Positions 31,534 through 43,006 of a DNA stretch of 64,000 bases are shown piece after piece (within the stretch, counting starts at the first letter, position 1; every line of letters begins with the position of its first letter). The stretch covers positions 32,001 to 96,000 of the forward strand of contig CAVRJL010000016.1 of the NCBI GenBank assembly GCA_963721525.1, written 5' to 3'. Source of the DNA: an uncultured Negativicutes bacterium (lineage in GTDB: Bacteria; Bacillota; Negativicutes; JBAXTZ01). Under the pieces are notes generated by a model, which ran no database searches, had not been told where the DNA came from, and saw nothing but the letters and a program-made list of their open reading frames with translations. The position numbers were made by a program, and so were the translations under genes.

Positions 31534-32685
31534 ATGAAAAAATTAACTATATTTGGCAGTACAGGTTCTATTGGACAACAAACGCTTGATGTTATCAGAA
31601 GTCATAAAAATTTATTTTCTGTTGTTGCTATTTCAGGGCAAAAAAATATCGACCTACTTGAGAAACAGATTAATGAATTTAAACCTAAAATTGCAGTTGT
31701 TTGCGATAATGAAAAAGGAAATATTTTACGTTCTCGTTATAGTGGGGATACTAAAATTTTTATTGGAAAACAACATTTAACAGATGATGCTGTTATAGGT
31801 AAAGCAGATATTGTCTTAAATGCATTAACAGGTTTTGCTGGTTTTAAACCCACATTAGCAGCAATAGAAGCAAAGAAAAGAATTGCGTTAGCCAATAAAG
31901 AAACACTTGTTGTTGCAGGGGATATTGTAATGAAGTTGGCGCATGAAAAAAAAGTAGAAATTATTCCAATAGACAGCGAGCATAGCGCCATTTTTCAATG
32001 TTTAAATGGTGAAAATAAAAAAAATATGAAGAAAATATTACTAATAGCTTCAGGAGGACCATTTTTTGGTAAAAGTAAAGATGAACTTGAATATATTTCA
32101 GTAGAAGAAGCACTTAAACATCCAAATTGGAATATGGGTATGAAAATAAGTATTGACTCTGCTACTTTAGCTAATAAAGGATTAGAAGTTATCGAAGCTA
32201 AACATTTATTTGATATGCCTGTTCATGATATAATCGTTTTAGTTCATAAGCAAAGTATTGTTCATTCAATGGTAGAATTTAAAGATAATAATATTATTGC
32301 CCAACTAGGATTACCTGATATGCGTATACCTATTCAATATGCACTTACTTACCCCAAGAGGATTTCCGTTAATTATAATTCCGTAGATTTTTTTATTTTC
32401 AATAATTTAACTTTTGAGAAGCCTGATTTAGAAACCTTTCGTTGTTTAAAGCTTGCTTATGAATGTGGAGCAGTTGGAGAAAATTATCCTTGTATTTTTA
32501 ACGCTGTTAACGAAGTAGCGGTGGAGGCATTCTTAAATAAGAAAGTGAAATTTTTAGATATTCCTAATATTATTGAAACGATTTTAAATAAAAGTGAATT
32601 TACAAGGATAAATAATATAAACGAAATATTTTTAATTGATAATAAAGCAAGAATCGATGCTAAAAATTATATAAAAAAAATATAA
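31534..32685 (+). CDS. dxr: 1-deoxy-D-xylulose 5-phosphate reductoisomerase
   Basis: GSTGSIG, LANKETLV, PIDSEHSAIFQ, HPNWNMG. Confidence 0.98.
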   Translation: MKKLTIFGSTGSIGQQTLDVIRSHKNLFSVVAISGQKNIDLLEKQINEFKPKIAVVCDNEKGNILRSRYSGDTKIFIGKQHLTDDAVIGKADIVLNALTGFAGFKPTLAAIEAKKRIALANKETLVVAGDIVMKLAHEKKVEIIPIDSEHSAIFQCLNGENKKNMKKILLIASGGPFFGKSKDELEYISVEEALKHPNWNMGMKISIDSATLANKGLEVIEAKHLFDMPVHDIIVLVHKQSIVHSMVEFKDNNIIAQLGLPDMRIPIQYALTYPKRISVNYNSVDFFIFNNLTFEKPDLETFRCLKLAYECGAVGENYPCIFNAVNEVAVEAFLNKKVKFLDIPNIIETILNKSEFTRINNINEIFLIDNKARIDAKNYIKKI

Positions 32686-32709
32686 AGTATTAACTTTATT
32701 GGAGTATAA

Positions 32710-33729
32710 ATGATTATTATAGGAATAATATCTGTTTTTTTTATTTTGGTTTTTTTTCATGAATTGGGACATTTCATTATGGCAAAGATTACAGGGATGA
32801 AAGTAGAAGAATTTGCTATCGGTATGGGTCCTAAATTGATTTCTTTTAAAATTGGTGAAACAAAATATTCTATAGGTATTATACCTATAGGTGGGTATAA
32901 TAAAATTGTAGGGATGGGTCCAGAAGAACAAAATGAAGAAAGAGGTTTTACTAAAAAATCTCTAGGAGCTCGTTTACTTGTTATTGCATCAGGAGGAGCA
33001 ATGAATATTGTCTTGCCTATATTTTTATTGTTTACAATATATTTCTTAAATGGTATAGAAAAAATTGAAAATAAACCGATCATAGGTAGTGTGGCGAACA
33101 ATTCTCCAGCTTATCACGCTGGTATATATGTAAATGATAAAATATTAAAAATAAATAATATTGAAATAAAAACATGGAATAAAGTTATAGATGTTATAAA
33201 AAACAACCATGATAAAGAAATAGTATTTTTAATAGAACGCTATAATAAAGAAGTTAATATTAAGATTCACCCTATATATAATAAAGAAATAAAAAAAATA
33301 ACTCTAGGTATCACACAGAAAACTTATAGACAAAAATTAGGCTGTTTAGATTCTTTTAAGCTTGCGATAATACGCACGTATAAAATAGCAAAATTTATTA
33401 TTTTTTCTTTATTCAGTATTATTTTAGGAAAAAATAAAGCGGAATTTGCAGGTCCCATTGGATTAATTGCTATGACGAGAGATGCCGTAAAAATAGGTTG
33501 GCTTTATCTACTTGAATTTCTTGCTTCATTCAGTATTAATTTAGGAATAATAAATTTAATCCCTATACCTGTTTTAGATGGAGGATATATTGTAATTTTA
33601 CTAATTGAGGCAATTAGAAGAAAATCTTTTTCTACAAATATTTTATATAAAATACAAATAGTTGGATTTTTCCTTTTAACTTCTTTGTTATTATTTGCTA
33701 CAATACAAGATTTGTTAAGAATAAGTTAA
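32710..33729 (+). CDS. rseP: RIP metalloprotease RseP
   Basis: HELGH, PDZ region, NLIPIPVLDGG. Confidence 0.95.
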   Translation: MIIIGIISVFFILVFFHELGHFIMAKITGMKVEEFAIGMGPKLISFKIGETKYSIGIIPIGGYNKIVGMGPEEQNEERGFTKKSLGARLLVIASGGAMNIVLPIFLLFTIYFLNGIEKIENKPIIGSVANNSPAYHAGIYVNDKILKINNIEIKTWNKVIDVIKNNHDKEIVFLIERYNKEVNIKIHPIYNKEIKKITLGITQKTYRQKLGCLDSFKLAIIRTYKIAKFIIFSLFSIILGKNKAEFAGPIGLIAMTRDAVKIGWLYLLEFLASFSINLGIINLIPIPVLDGGYIVILLIEAIRRKSFSTNILYKIQIVGFFLLTSLLLFATIQDLLRIS

Positions 33730-33752
33730 AAGGAAACTTAAGAGAAGAGAAA

Positions 33753-34835
33753 ATGTATGAAATAATTCGTCGACAAACTAAAAAAATTAAAGTTGGTAAT
33801 ATAAGTATAGGTAATAAATCACCTATAAGTATTCAATCAATGTGTACCACTAAAACTTATGATATTGACTCAACAGTAAACCAAATTAACGATTTAAAAG
33901 CTATAGGATGTGATATTATTCGTGTAGCTGTACCCGATATTGCTTCAGCTGAAGCAATTGAAAAAATTAAAAAAAGAATAAATATTCCTCTTATAGCAGA
34001 TATACATTTTGATTACCGGTTAGCTTTAAAAGCTTTAGAACAAGGTATAGATGGATTAAGGATAAATCCTGGAAATATTGGAAATGTGGAAAATGTAAAG
34101 ATTGTTGCCAGAGAAGCGAAAAGACGTAATGTTCCGATAAGAATAGGTATAAATAGTGGATCGATAGAAAAAGATTTATTAGAAAAATATGGAAATTTTC
34201 CAACTGCAGAAGCGATGGTGCAAAGTGCTATACGCCATATAATAATACTAGAACAATGTGATTTTTATAATATTAAAGTTTCTTTAAAAGCAAATAGCGT
34301 TCCTCTGACTATTGAGGCTTATCGTTTATTAGCAAGTCAATATAATTATCCTTTGCATATTGGAATAACTGAAGCAGGAACTATAAAATCTGGAATAGTC
34401 AAATCTGCTATAGGCATAGGAATTTTATTAGCGCAAGGAATAGGAGATACAATTAGAGTATCTCTTACAGACGATCCTAAAAAAGAAGTTAAAGCAGGAA
34501 TTGAAATCCTAAAAGTGTTAGGTTTAAAAAAATATGGAGTAGAATTAATATCTTGTCCTACATGCGCAAGAACAGAGATAGATCTAATAAATCTTTGCAA
34601 ACGAATAGAAAAAAGAATGCAATGTATAATTGAACCTTTATCAGTAGCAATAATGGGATGTGTTGTTAATGGGCCAGGAGAAGCTAAACAAGCTGATATA
34701 GGAATAGCAGGGGGAAAAGGGGAAGGAGTATTATTTATAAAAGGGGAAATAATAAAAAAAGTACCAGAAAATAAGTTAGAAGAAGCTCTTTTTATAGGAA
34801 TAAACGATATTTTAAAAAATAAAATAATTTATTAG
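33753..34835 (+). CDS. ispG: HMBPP synthase IspG
   Basis: IQSMCTT, ADIHFD, RINPGNIG, SCPTCAR, MGCVVNGPGE. Confidence 0.98.
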   Translation: MYEIIRRQTKKIKVGNISIGNKSPISIQSMCTTKTYDIDSTVNQINDLKAIGCDIIRVAVPDIASAEAIEKIKKRINIPLIADIHFDYRLALKALEQGIDGLRINPGNIGNVENVKIVAREAKRRNVPIRIGINSGSIEKDLLEKYGNFPTAEAMVQSAIRHIIILEQCDFYNIKVSLKANSVPLTIEAYRLLASQYNYPLHIGITEAGTIKSGIVKSAIGIGILLAQGIGDTIRVSLTDDPKKEVKAGIEILKVLGLKKYGVELISCPTCARTEIDLINLCKRIEKRMQCIIEPLSVAIMGCVVNGPGEAKQADIGIAGGKGEGVLFIKGEIIKKVPENKLEEALFIGINDILKNKIIY

Positions 34836-34903
34836 GCTTATGTTTCTGTGAAAACAAAAAATTTTTATCGAATCTTATTCAGGGAGAAATTATTTAAAAT
34901 TAT

Positions 34904-34932
34904 TTGCAAGGTTATAGAAGTTATGCTATAGT
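34904..34932 (+). promoter_or_regulatory. sigmaA promoter of the S10 operon
   Basis: TTGCAA-17-TATAGT with extended -10 TG. Confidence 0.55.
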
Positions 34933-35059
34933 ATTTTGGTATTTGGTAAGAGATATTTTCTAGCATTCATATGATACGCCCGGAAGCGTTTACATAAAAT
35001 TTTTAGTATTTACAACTTAACTGTATAATTTTAGCTGAATAAGGAGGATATAATTATTT

Positions 35060-35371
35060 ATGGGGAAACAACAAAAAATTAGAATTAGATTGAAAGCATA
35101 TGATCACAAGGCATTAGATATGTGTGCACAACGAATAATTGATACTGTAAAAAGAACTAATGCGTTGGTTGCAGGACCTATACCTCTACCTACAGAAAAA
35201 AATACATATACTATTCTTCGTTCACCACACGTTAATAAAGATTCGCGCGAACAATTTGAAATGCGTACACATAAGCGCTTAATTGACATTGTTGAACCTA
35301 CAAAAAAGACGGTAGATGCTTTAAAAAGACTTGATCTGCCAGCAGGTGTAGATATAGAAATTAAGCTCTAG
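35060..35371 (+). CDS. rpsJ: 30S ribosomal protein S10
   Basis: [29 protein letters not shown]. Confidence 0.98.
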   Translation: MGKQQKIRIRLKAYDHKALDMCAQRIIDTVKRTNALVAGPIPLPTEKNTYTILRSPHVNKDSREQFEMRTHKRLIDIVEPTKKTVDALKRLDLPAGVDIEIKL

Positions 35372-35379
35372 GAGGAAAT

Positions 35380-36015
35380 ATGCAAAAAGGTTTATTAGGT
35401 AAAAAGTTGGGAATGACTCAAGTTTTTTCTCAAGATGGCACGTTATTACCAGTGACGGTTGTAGAAGTTACAGATAATGTTGTTTTACAAAATAAGACTA
35501 TTGAAAATGATGGATATAATGCGGTACAAATTGGTTTTGGAGCAGTTAACGAAAAAAAACTAACTAAACCAGCTATAGGATTTTTTAAAAAAATAAATAA
35601 AAAGCCTGTACGATATATTCGCGAAATTCGTTTAAAAGAACCTTCTATTTACACTCCAGGTACTTTATTAGGACCAGATATTCTCAGCATAGGCGAATCA
35701 GTTGATATCACAGGTATTTCTAAGGGAAAAGGATTTTCAGGAGGCATTAAACGGCATAATTTTGCACGTGGACCCATGAGTCATGGTTCTAAATCCCATA
35801 GAGAACCGGGATCCATGGGGCCAAGAATGTCAGGTGGCGGCGGTAGAGTTTTTAAAGGCAAAAAATTACCTGGACAAATGGGTTTTGAAAAAGTTACTGT
35901 CCAAAATTTAACAATAGCAAGAATAGATAAACCTCGTAACTTGCTTCTTATAAAAGGTGCGGTCCCTGGATCTAAAGGGGCTTTAGTTTTAATACGTAGA
36001 GCGAAAAAATGCTGA
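35380..36015 (+). CDS. rplC: 50S ribosomal protein L3
   Basis: GKKLGMTQVF, SKGKGF, IKGAVPG. Confidence 0.98.
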   Translation: MQKGLLGKKLGMTQVFSQDGTLLPVTVVEVTDNVVLQNKTIENDGYNAVQIGFGAVNEKKLTKPAIGFFKKINKKPVRYIREIRLKEPSIYTPGTLLGPDILSIGESVDITGISKGKGFSGGIKRHNFARGPMSHGSKSHREPGSMGPRMSGGGGRVFKGKKLPGQMGFEKVTVQNLTIARIDKPRNLLLIKGAVPGSKGALVLIRRAKKC

Positions 36016-36055
36016 TAAACAATAAAGATTAGGGGAATAAGGAGGATTAGTTATT

Positions 36056-36679
36056 GTGCCTATAGTTAAGGTATATAATATGCAAGGTTCTCAAACTGAT
36101 GAAATAGATTTAAAAGAGTCTGTTTTTGGAATTAAAGCCAATGAAGCGCTAGTTCATCAGGCAGTAAAAATATATTTAGCTAGTAAAAGATTAGGAACTC
36201 ACAAGACAAAAAAACGTGATGAAGTGAGAGGAGGAGGCAAAAAACCTTGGCGACAAAAAGGTACAGGGCGTGCACGAGCTGGTTCGATTCGTTCGCCTCT
36301 TTGGGTAGGCGGAGGAACGATTTTTGGTCCACACCCACGCAGTTATACTTTTACAATGCCGCGTAAAGCTAGGAGAATAGCTATAAAATCTGCTCTTAGC
36401 AGCAAGATAGAATCTTCAGAAATAATAGTTATTGATGAAATAAAATTAGCCGAAATAAAAACAAAGCAAATTGTTGAATTTTTAAAAAATTTTGATAGTC
36501 CAAAAAAGGCTTTAATAATAACTGCAGTAAAAAATGAAAATATACTGAAGTCAAGTTTAAATATAACTGGAGTTAAGTCAATAATTTCTGTAGGTATAAA
36601 TGTTTTCGATTTATTGTACCATGATAAGATTTTTGTTGAAAGAGCAGCAATTTCTAAAATTCAAGAGGTGTGTATATAG
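36056..36679 (+). CDS. rplD: 50S ribosomal protein L4
   Basis: GGGKKPWRQKGTGRARAGS. Confidence 0.98.
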   Translation: MPIVKVYNMQGSQTDEIDLKESVFGIKANEALVHQAVKIYLASKRLGTHKTKKRDEVRGGGKKPWRQKGTGRARAGSIRSPLWVGGGTIFGPHPRSYTFTMPRKARRIAIKSALSSKIESSEIIVIDEIKLAEIKTKQIVEFLKNFDSPKKALIITAVKNENILKSSLNITGVKSIISVGINVFDLLYHDKIFVERAAISKIQEVCI

Positions 36680-36966
36680 TGGATAATTTGCATAATATGG
36701 TAATTAAACCTCGTATAACTGAAAAATCAAATGATATGATAACTGAGAATAAATATGTGTTTAAAATCCCACTCACTGTAAATAAAATTGAGATTAAAAT
36801 AGTTATAGAAAAAATTTTTAAAGTAAAAATAGTTAATGTTAATATAATTAGAGTTTATGGAAAAATAAAACGTATGGGTAAAACTGTAGGTCGTCGTTCT
36901 GATTTTAAAAAAGCTATTGTTAAGCTCGCACCGGGTAATCGTATAGAAGCATTAGAAAGTATTTAA
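36679..36966 (+). CDS. rplW: 50S ribosomal protein L23
   Basis: PRITEKS, KKAIVKL; operon position. Confidence 0.95.
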   Translation: MDNLHNMVIKPRITEKSNDMITENKYVFKIPLTVNKIEIKIVIEKIFKVKIVNVNIIRVYGKIKRMGKTVGRRSDFKKAIVKLAPGNRIEALESI

Positions 36967-37005
36967 GCTTTTATTTGATTTTGAAATAATTAGGAGGGGA
37001 AAAAG

Positions 37006-37835
37006 ATGATGGCTCTTAAAACTTTTAAACCAACATCTAAAGGTAGACGTTTTATGAGTGTTGCTGATTTTTCCGATATTACTGCAACAAAGCCGGAACG
37101 TTCTTTAGTAGTTAAATTAGATAAACATGGTGGGAGAAATCACCAGGGGCGTTTAACTGTGCGTCATCAGGGTGGAGGCGCTAAAAGAAAATATAGAATT
37201 ATTGATTGGAAAAGGAATAAGGAAAATATAATTGCTAAAATAGCAACTATTGAATACGATCCTAATCGTTCCGCCTATATTGCTTTATTGCATTATATGG
37301 ATGGAGAAAAGCGTTATATTTTAGCGCCTAATGGAATAAGAGTCGGAGACATTGTATTAAGTGGAAACGAAGTTGATATTAAGATAGGAAATTGTTTACC
37401 TCTTAAAAATATTCCTGTAGGTAGTACTGTCACAATATGGAAATGAAAATAGGCAAGGGGGCTGAAATGGTACGTTCTGCAGGGTCTTTTGCTCAACTTA
37501 TGGCGAAAGAAGGGAAATATGCTTTATTGCGTTTGCCTTCAGGAGAACAACGTAAAGTTCACTTTAATTGTAGAGCGACTATTGGACAAGTGAGTAACAT
37601 TAATCATGAAAATATTACTATTGGGAAAGCTGGACGAAATCGTTGGTTGGGGAAAAGACCTGAAAATCGCGGAACCTCAATGAATCCTTGCGATCATCCT
37701 CATGGTGGGGGAGAAGGGCGTTCTCCAATAGGTCGGAAACATCCCGTTACTCCTTGGGGAAAATGCGCAATGGGAGCGAAAACTCGGCATAAAAAACTTT
37801 CTGATAAGATGATAGTGTCTCGACGTGTAAAATAA
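37006..37835 (+). CDS. rplB: 50S ribosomal protein L2, split by a 1-nt deletion near 37431 (probable sequence error)
   Basis: Two ORFs (37006-37446, 37437-37835) give contiguous L2: IEYDPNRSA ... [13 protein letters not shown]. Confidence 0.93.
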
Positions 37836-37852
37836 ATAAATAGGAGGGAATA

Positions 37853-38137
37853 ATGTCAAGATCGACAAAAAAAGGACCTTACGTCCATTCAAGTATATTA
37901 AAAAAAATAAACATCATGAATGAAAAAAATGAAAGAAAAGTATTTAAAACATGGTCAAGGACTTCCACAATTTTGCCTAGCTTTGTAGGCCATACTATAG
38001 CAGTACACGATGGTCGTAAACATGTTCCTATATATATGACTGAAGATATGGTTGGGCATAAGCTGGGAGAATTTGTGCCAACAAGAACTTTTAAAGGTCA
38101 CGGGTCTCATACAGAGCGTTCAACATCGTTGAAATAA
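37853..38137 (+). CDS. rpsS: 30S ribosomal protein S19
   Basis: [16 protein letters not shown]. Confidence 0.98.
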   Translation: MSRSTKKGPYVHSSILKKINIMNEKNERKVFKTWSRTSTILPSFVGHTIAVHDGRKHVPIYMTEDMVGHKLGEFVPTRTFKGHGSHTERSTSLK

Positions 38138-38149
38138 TGGGAGGATTGA

Positions 38150-38482
38150 ATGGAAGCTATAGCTAAAGCAAAATATATACGAATTGCGCCTAGGAAAGCA
38201 CGTATAGTAATTGATTTAATTCGTGGTAAAAATATTGATGAAGCCATTGCAATTTTGAAGTTCACTCCAAAAATCGGGGCACTGATTGTTGAAAAAGTTT
38301 TAAAATCTACTATTGCAAACGCTGAACATAATTATAATATGAATACTTCAAAGTTATACGTATCAAAGGCTTTAGTAGATCAAGGACCAACGTTGAAAAG
38401 AATTCATCCAAGATCTCGAGGTCAGGCATTTAAAATTTTGAAAAAAACAAGCCATATCACTATGGTTGTTGCTGAAAGGTAG
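38150..38482 (+). CDS. rplV: 50S ribosomal protein L22
   Basis: [20 protein letters not shown]. Confidence 0.98.
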   Translation: MEAIAKAKYIRIAPRKARIVIDLIRGKNIDEAIAILKFTPKIGALIVEKVLKSTIANAEHNYNMNTSKLYVSKALVDQGPTLKRIHPRSRGQAFKILKKTSHITMVVAER

Positions 38483-38494
38483 TAGGAGGGGATT

Positions 38495-39157
38495 GTGGGG
38501 CAAAAGGTAAATCCGCATGGATTAAGAATAGGAATTATAAAATCTTGGGATGCTAAATGGTACGCAGATAAAGATTTTGCGAAATATTTGCATGAAGATA
38601 TAAAGATTCGTAATTTATTAAAGAAGAAATTATATACTGCTGGAATTTCTCGCGTTATTATAGAACGTAATGGAAATCGTCTTAAAGCCACTATTTTCAC
38701 AAATAAACCAGGTATAATTATAGGACGAAGCGGTGCAGGTATAGAAGAAATAAAAAAAAATATAGGTCAATTTACTGACCATAATATAGAAGTGCAAATT
38801 CAAGAAATAAAACAAATTGACTTGGATGCAGTGTTAGTAGCACAGTTTATTGCTGCTCAATTGGAAAAAAGAATAGCATTTCGTCGTGCTATGAAACAAG
38901 CTGTGATACGAACTATGCGTGCTGGTGCTAAGGGAATAAAAGTTATGGTAAGTGGTCGTTTGGGAGGAGCAGAGATAGCTCGAAATGAGCTATATAGAGA
39001 AGGAAGTATTCCTCTTCACACGTTGCGTGCAAATATCGACTATGCTATTGCACAAGCGCATACTACTTATGGTATTATTGGCGTAAAAGTATGGATATAT
39101 AAAGGTGAAATTTTGCCTCAAAAAAAAATTCTTTCTGCTGAAGGAGGCAAACAATAA
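38495..39157 (+). CDS. rpsC: 30S ribosomal protein S3
   Basis: [28 protein letters not shown]. Confidence 0.98.
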   Translation: MGQKVNPHGLRIGIIKSWDAKWYADKDFAKYLHEDIKIRNLLKKKLYTAGISRVIIERNGNRLKATIFTNKPGIIIGRSGAGIEEIKKNIGQFTDHNIEVQIQEIKQIDLDAVLVAQFIAAQLEKRIAFRRAMKQAVIRTMRAGAKGIKVMVSGRLGGAEIARNELYREGSIPLHTLRANIDYAIAQAHTTYGIIGVKVWIYKGEILPQKKILSAEGGKQ

Positions 39158-39596
39158 TGCTTGTTCCAAAAAGAAGTAAATTTCGAAAACAATTTCGTGG
39201 TAGAATGGTTGGTAAAGCAAATAAAGGAAATAAAGTCTCTCATGGCGAATTTGGATTAACGGCTTTAGAACCGTCTTGGATCACAAATAGACAAATTGAA
39301 GCTGCTCGTATTGCGATGACACGTTATATTAAGCGTGGAGGACAAGTTTGGATAAAAATTTTTCCAGATAAACCTGTAACTGCAAAGCCAGCTGAAACTC
39401 GTATGGGTAGCGGTAAAGGTTCTCCAGAATATTGGGTTGCTGTGGTGAAACCAGGTAGGGTTATGTTTGAAATTGCTGGAGTGTCTGAAGAGGTTGCAAA
39501 AGAAGCATTTCGTTTAGCTGGTCATAAATTACCTATTAAAACAGGTTTTATTAAAAAAGAAACGGAAGGTGAAGTAGTGAAACAAATGAAAGTTAA
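39157..39596 (+). CDS. rplP: 50S ribosomal protein L16 (appears fused to L29 through a probable 1-nt deletion)
   Basis: [16 protein letters not shown]; adding one G in gtagtgaa restores EVGETNES* at 39594-39596. Confidence 0.93.
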
Positions 39597-39784
39597 AGAG
39601 ATCCGTGAAATGAACGATAATGAATTATTAGGAAAGTTGAATAAATTAAAAGAAGATCTTTTCAACTTACGTTTCCAACTTGCTATTGGGCAATTAGAAA
39701 ACTTTTCGCGAATACGTGAAGTAAAAAAAAGTATTGCTAGAATAAAAACTGTACAGCGTGAACAGTGAACTGAAACGCGCTTAG
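39586..39784 (+). CDS. rpmC: 50S ribosomal protein L29 (probable extra base near 39764)
   Basis: MKVKEIRE...LFNLRFQ...SIARIKTV; removing one base gives RERELKRA*. Confidence 0.92.
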
Positions 39785-39803
39785 GAAAGGAAGAGGTAAA
39801 AAA

Positions 39804-40057
39804 GTGGAAAGAAATGAACGCAAAGTACGTATTGGTAAAGTCGTAAGCAATAAGATGAAAAAAACTGTGGTTATTTCTATCGACCGTATCGTTTCTCATC
39901 CAATGTATAAGAAGTTGGTAAACCATACAAAAAAATTTAAAGCTCATGATGAAAAGAATGAATGTTCTATAGGCGATACAGTTAAGATTATGGAAACACG
40001 TCCATTATCTAAAAATAAATATTTTAGAGTAGTAAAATTACTGAAAAAGTAAAATAA
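39804..40057 (+). CDS. rpsQ: 30S ribosomal protein S17 (3' end probably shifted by 1 nt)
   Basis: [23 protein letters not shown]. Confidence 0.95.
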
Positions 40058-40096
40058 AACAATTTAGTTGTTTTATGAGCTGAAGGAGATAATTTA

Positions 40097-40465
40097 ATGA
40101 TTCAGCAAGAAACAAGATTGAATATTGCGGATAATACCGGAGCAAAAGAAATATTATGTATTCGTGTATTGGGAGGATCTTTCCGTAGATATGCTAATAT
40201 TGGAGATGTTATTGTTGGTTCTGTCAAAGAGGCATCCCCCGGAGGCGTTGTTAAGAAAGGGGAAGTTGTAAAAGCGGTAATTGTTCGTTCTGCTAAAGGA
40301 CTGAAACGTTCGGATGGATCGTATATTAAATTTGATGATAATGCGGCTGTTATTATAAAAGATGATAAGTCTCCTAAAGGCACTCGTGTATTTGGCCCAG
40401 TAGCGAGAGAGTTGCGTGAAAAAGATTTTATGAAGATAATTTCGCTTGCGCCAGAAGTAATTTAG
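40097..40465 (+). CDS. rplN: 50S ribosomal protein L14
   Basis: [30 protein letters not shown]. Confidence 0.98.
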   Translation: MIQQETRLNIADNTGAKEILCIRVLGGSFRRYANIGDVIVGSVKEASPGGVVKKGEVVKAVIVRSAKGLKRSDGSYIKFDDNAAVIIKDDKSPKGTRVFGPVARELREKDFMKIISLAPEVI

Positions 40466-40490
40466 GAAGTAATTTAGGCGGAGGTTTGGA

Positions 40491-40830
40491 ATGGTTAGGG
40501 GAAAAAAAATACATATAAAAAAAGGCGACAATGTTATAGTTTTATCAGGAAAGGATAAAGGGAAAAAGGAAAGATTATAGAAGTTATTACCTAACAGTGG
40601 AAAAGTTATAATAGAAGGGATAAACAAAGTATACAAACATATGCGTTCTACTCACAAAAAATCCTCAAGGCGGTATTATACTTAAAGAAGCTCCGATTTA
40701 TGGGTGTAAAGTTATGTTATTATGTCCAAGTTGTAATAAACCGACTAGAATTAGTAAGACGGTTTTATCAGATGGGGAAAAAACTCGTGTTTGTAAAAAC
40801 TGTGAGGAAATAGTTGATAGCAGAAAATAA
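40491..40830 (+). CDS. rplX: 50S ribosomal protein L24, with indels (probable sequence errors)
   Basis: [40 protein letters not shown]; absent from the ORF track because of frameshifts. Confidence 0.9.
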
Positions 40831-40851
40831 CGCGTAGAAAGGAGTAAAAAA

Positions 40852-41400
40852 ATGGCATCAAGGCTAAAAGAAAAATATTTTAAAGAGATTGCCGATATTT
40901 TAAAGGCAAAATTTAATTACAAAAATATTATGCAAATCCCAAAAATTGAAAAAGTAGTAATTAATGTCGGTATTGGAGAAGCGGTCGGAACTCCTAAAAC
41001 GATAGATGTCAGCTATGCAAGATATAATGACTATTTCCGGACAAAAGCCTGTTATTACTAAAGCTAAAAAATCAATTGCGGCATTTAAAGTCCGTCAAGG
41101 TATGAATTTAGGAATAAAAGTAACTCTTCGCAATGAGAGAATGTATTATTTTTTAGATAAATTAATTAATGTAGCATTGCCAAGAGTACGTGACTTCCGT
41201 GGAGTAAGTTCAACGTCTTTTGATGGACGAGGAAATTATAACTATGGGTGTTAAGGAACAACTTATTTTTCCTGAGATAGAATATGATAAAGTTGATGAA
41301 ATTCGTGGCATGGATATTGCGATTATAACTACGTGCAGAAAATGATGAAGAAGCGCGTGAATTATTAAAATTATCGGCATGCCATTCAGCGTAAAGAAAG
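40852..41400 (+). CDS. rplE: 50S ribosomal protein L5, with several indels (probable sequence errors)
   Basis: [50 protein letters not shown] spread over different frames. Confidence 0.92.
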
Positions 41401-41412
41401 GGGAAATAGATA

Positions 41413-41599
41413 ATGGCAAAAAAATCAATGATAGAAAAATGGAAAAGCGAACCGAAATTTCCAACTCGTAAATATAACAGATGCGAAATTTGTGGGCGTC
41501 CACATGGATATTTGAGAAAATTTAAAATGTGTAGAATTTGTTTTCGGAATTCAGTGCTATAAAGGTGCTATTCCGGGTGTAACTAAAGCAAGTTGGTAA
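41413..41599 (+). CDS. rpsZ: 30S ribosomal protein S14 type Z (zinc-binding), frameshifted near 41550
   Basis: MAKKSMI...[11 protein letters not shown]...MCRICFR...IPGVTKASW. Confidence 0.92.
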
Positions 41600-41625
41600 G
41601 CTTTTTATAAAGGGGGTTAACAATA

Positions 41626-42027
41626 ATGGTAATGACCGATCCTATTGCTGATATGCTTACTCGAATTCGTAATGCTAATTCGGTTTATCATGCTAAAGTT
41701 GAAATACCGGCGTCAAAAATAAAAGAGGCAATTGCTCATATTCTAAAAGCAGAGGGATTTATAACGGATTATAAATTTATCGGAAATAATAAACAAGGTA
41801 TTTGAAAGGTTCGATTACGTTATAATATAGATAAACAGAAAGTAATTTCACTGGAATTAAACGTATTTCTAAACCCGGATTACGCGTTTATGCCAAACAG
41901 CGAGGAAATACCACGTGTATTTGGGGGCTTAGGTATTGCCATTATATCGACTTCGCAGGGGCTTATGTCTGATAAGCATGCACGTAAAGCTAGTCTCGGT
42001 GGTGAAGTTATAGCTTATGTTTGGTAA
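41626..42027 (+). CDS. rpsH: 30S ribosomal protein S8, with several indels
   Basis: [46 protein letters not shown]. Confidence 0.92.
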
Positions 42028-42056
42028 TAAGCGAATAAGCGGAGGTGAATATAAAT

Positions 42057-42605
42057 ATGTCAAGAATTGGTAGAAAACCAATTATTATACCCAAAGATAT
42101 TAATTTAGAAATTAATAATAATTTTATTACAATACAAGGACCTAAAGGGCAATTAAGTAGACAAATTAATATAAAAATAAAGATTGAAGTAAATAATAAT
42201 GAATTAATTGTAAGACGTCTAAATGATGATAAAATACAAAAAAGTATGCACGGATTATCCAGAACATTAATTGCTAATATGATTGAAGGAGTAACTAAAG
42301 GTTTTAGTAAAACTCTAGAAATAGTAGGTATAGGTTATCGTGCTGCTAAAACTGAAAATAATTTAACTTTAACTTTAGGGTTTTCTCATCCTATAGTAGA
42401 AGTACCACCAAAAGGAATAAGTATTGATGTGCCAACTCAAAATAAAATTGTAATTAATGGTATTGATAAAGAAGCGGTAGGTGCTTTTGCCGCAAAAATT
42501 CGGGGGTATCGTGCACCTGAACCTTATAAGGGGAAAGGAATTAAGTATGAGGGCGAATTAATACGTCGTAAAGCCGGAAAAACTGGAGCTAAAGGTAAAA
42601 AATAA
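42057..42605 (+). CDS. rplF: 50S ribosomal protein L6
   Basis: [20 protein letters not shown]. Confidence 0.98.
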   Translation: MSRIGRKPIIIPKDINLEINNNFITIQGPKGQLSRQINIKIKIEVNNNELIVRRLNDDKIQKSMHGLSRTLIANMIEGVTKGFSKTLEIVGIGYRAAKTENNLTLTLGFSHPIVEVPPKGISIDVPTQNKIVINGIDKEAVGAFAAKIRGYRAPEPYKGKGIKYEGELIRRKAGKTGAKGKK

Positions 42606-42630
42606 CACTATTATTAAAGGAGTAAACGTC

Positions 42631-42993
42631 ATGCTCAAAAAAGTAGATAAGAACCTTTCCAGAAAAAACCGTCATCTAAAAATACGTAAAGTAGTTATCG
42701 GGACACCGGAAAAGCCACGTTTAAGCATTTTCCGAAGCTTGAAAAATATTTATGCTCAAATTATAGATGACGAAAACGGTAAAACTTTAGTGGCCGCTAA
42801 TAATATAATAAAAGAATTAAGAGGAAGATACGGTGGTAATATCGAGATAGCAAAAGCTATAGGAAGTATGATAGGTAAACGTGCTTTAGAAAAAGGTATT
42901 AAGAAAGTGGTGTTTGATCGTAACGGATACCTTTATCATGGTCGTGTTGAAGCCGTAGCTGTTGGTGCCCGTGAAGCAGGACTAGAATTCTAA
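42631..42993 (+). CDS. rplR: 50S ribosomal protein L18
   Basis: [29 protein letters not shown]. Confidence 0.98.
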   Translation: MLKKVDKNLSRKNRHLKIRKVVIGTPEKPRLSIFRSLKNIYAQIIDDENGKTLVAANNIIKELRGRYGGNIEIAKAIGSMIGKRALEKGIKKVVFDRNGYLYHGRVEAVAVGAREAGLEF

Positions 42994-43006
42994 ATTGGAG
43001 GAATAG

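Noticed and set aside
34970-35010. Possible S10 leader RNA remnant (gatacgcccggaagcgttt)
   Set aside because: Resemblance is from memory and partial; it needs an Rfam scan before calling
39157-39768. Apparent L16-L29 fusion protein (203 aa)
   Set aside because: Adding one G (gtagtgaa to gtaggtgaa) restores the normal overlapping rplP stop and an AGGTGA RBS for rpmC; it lies within the indel-rich patch
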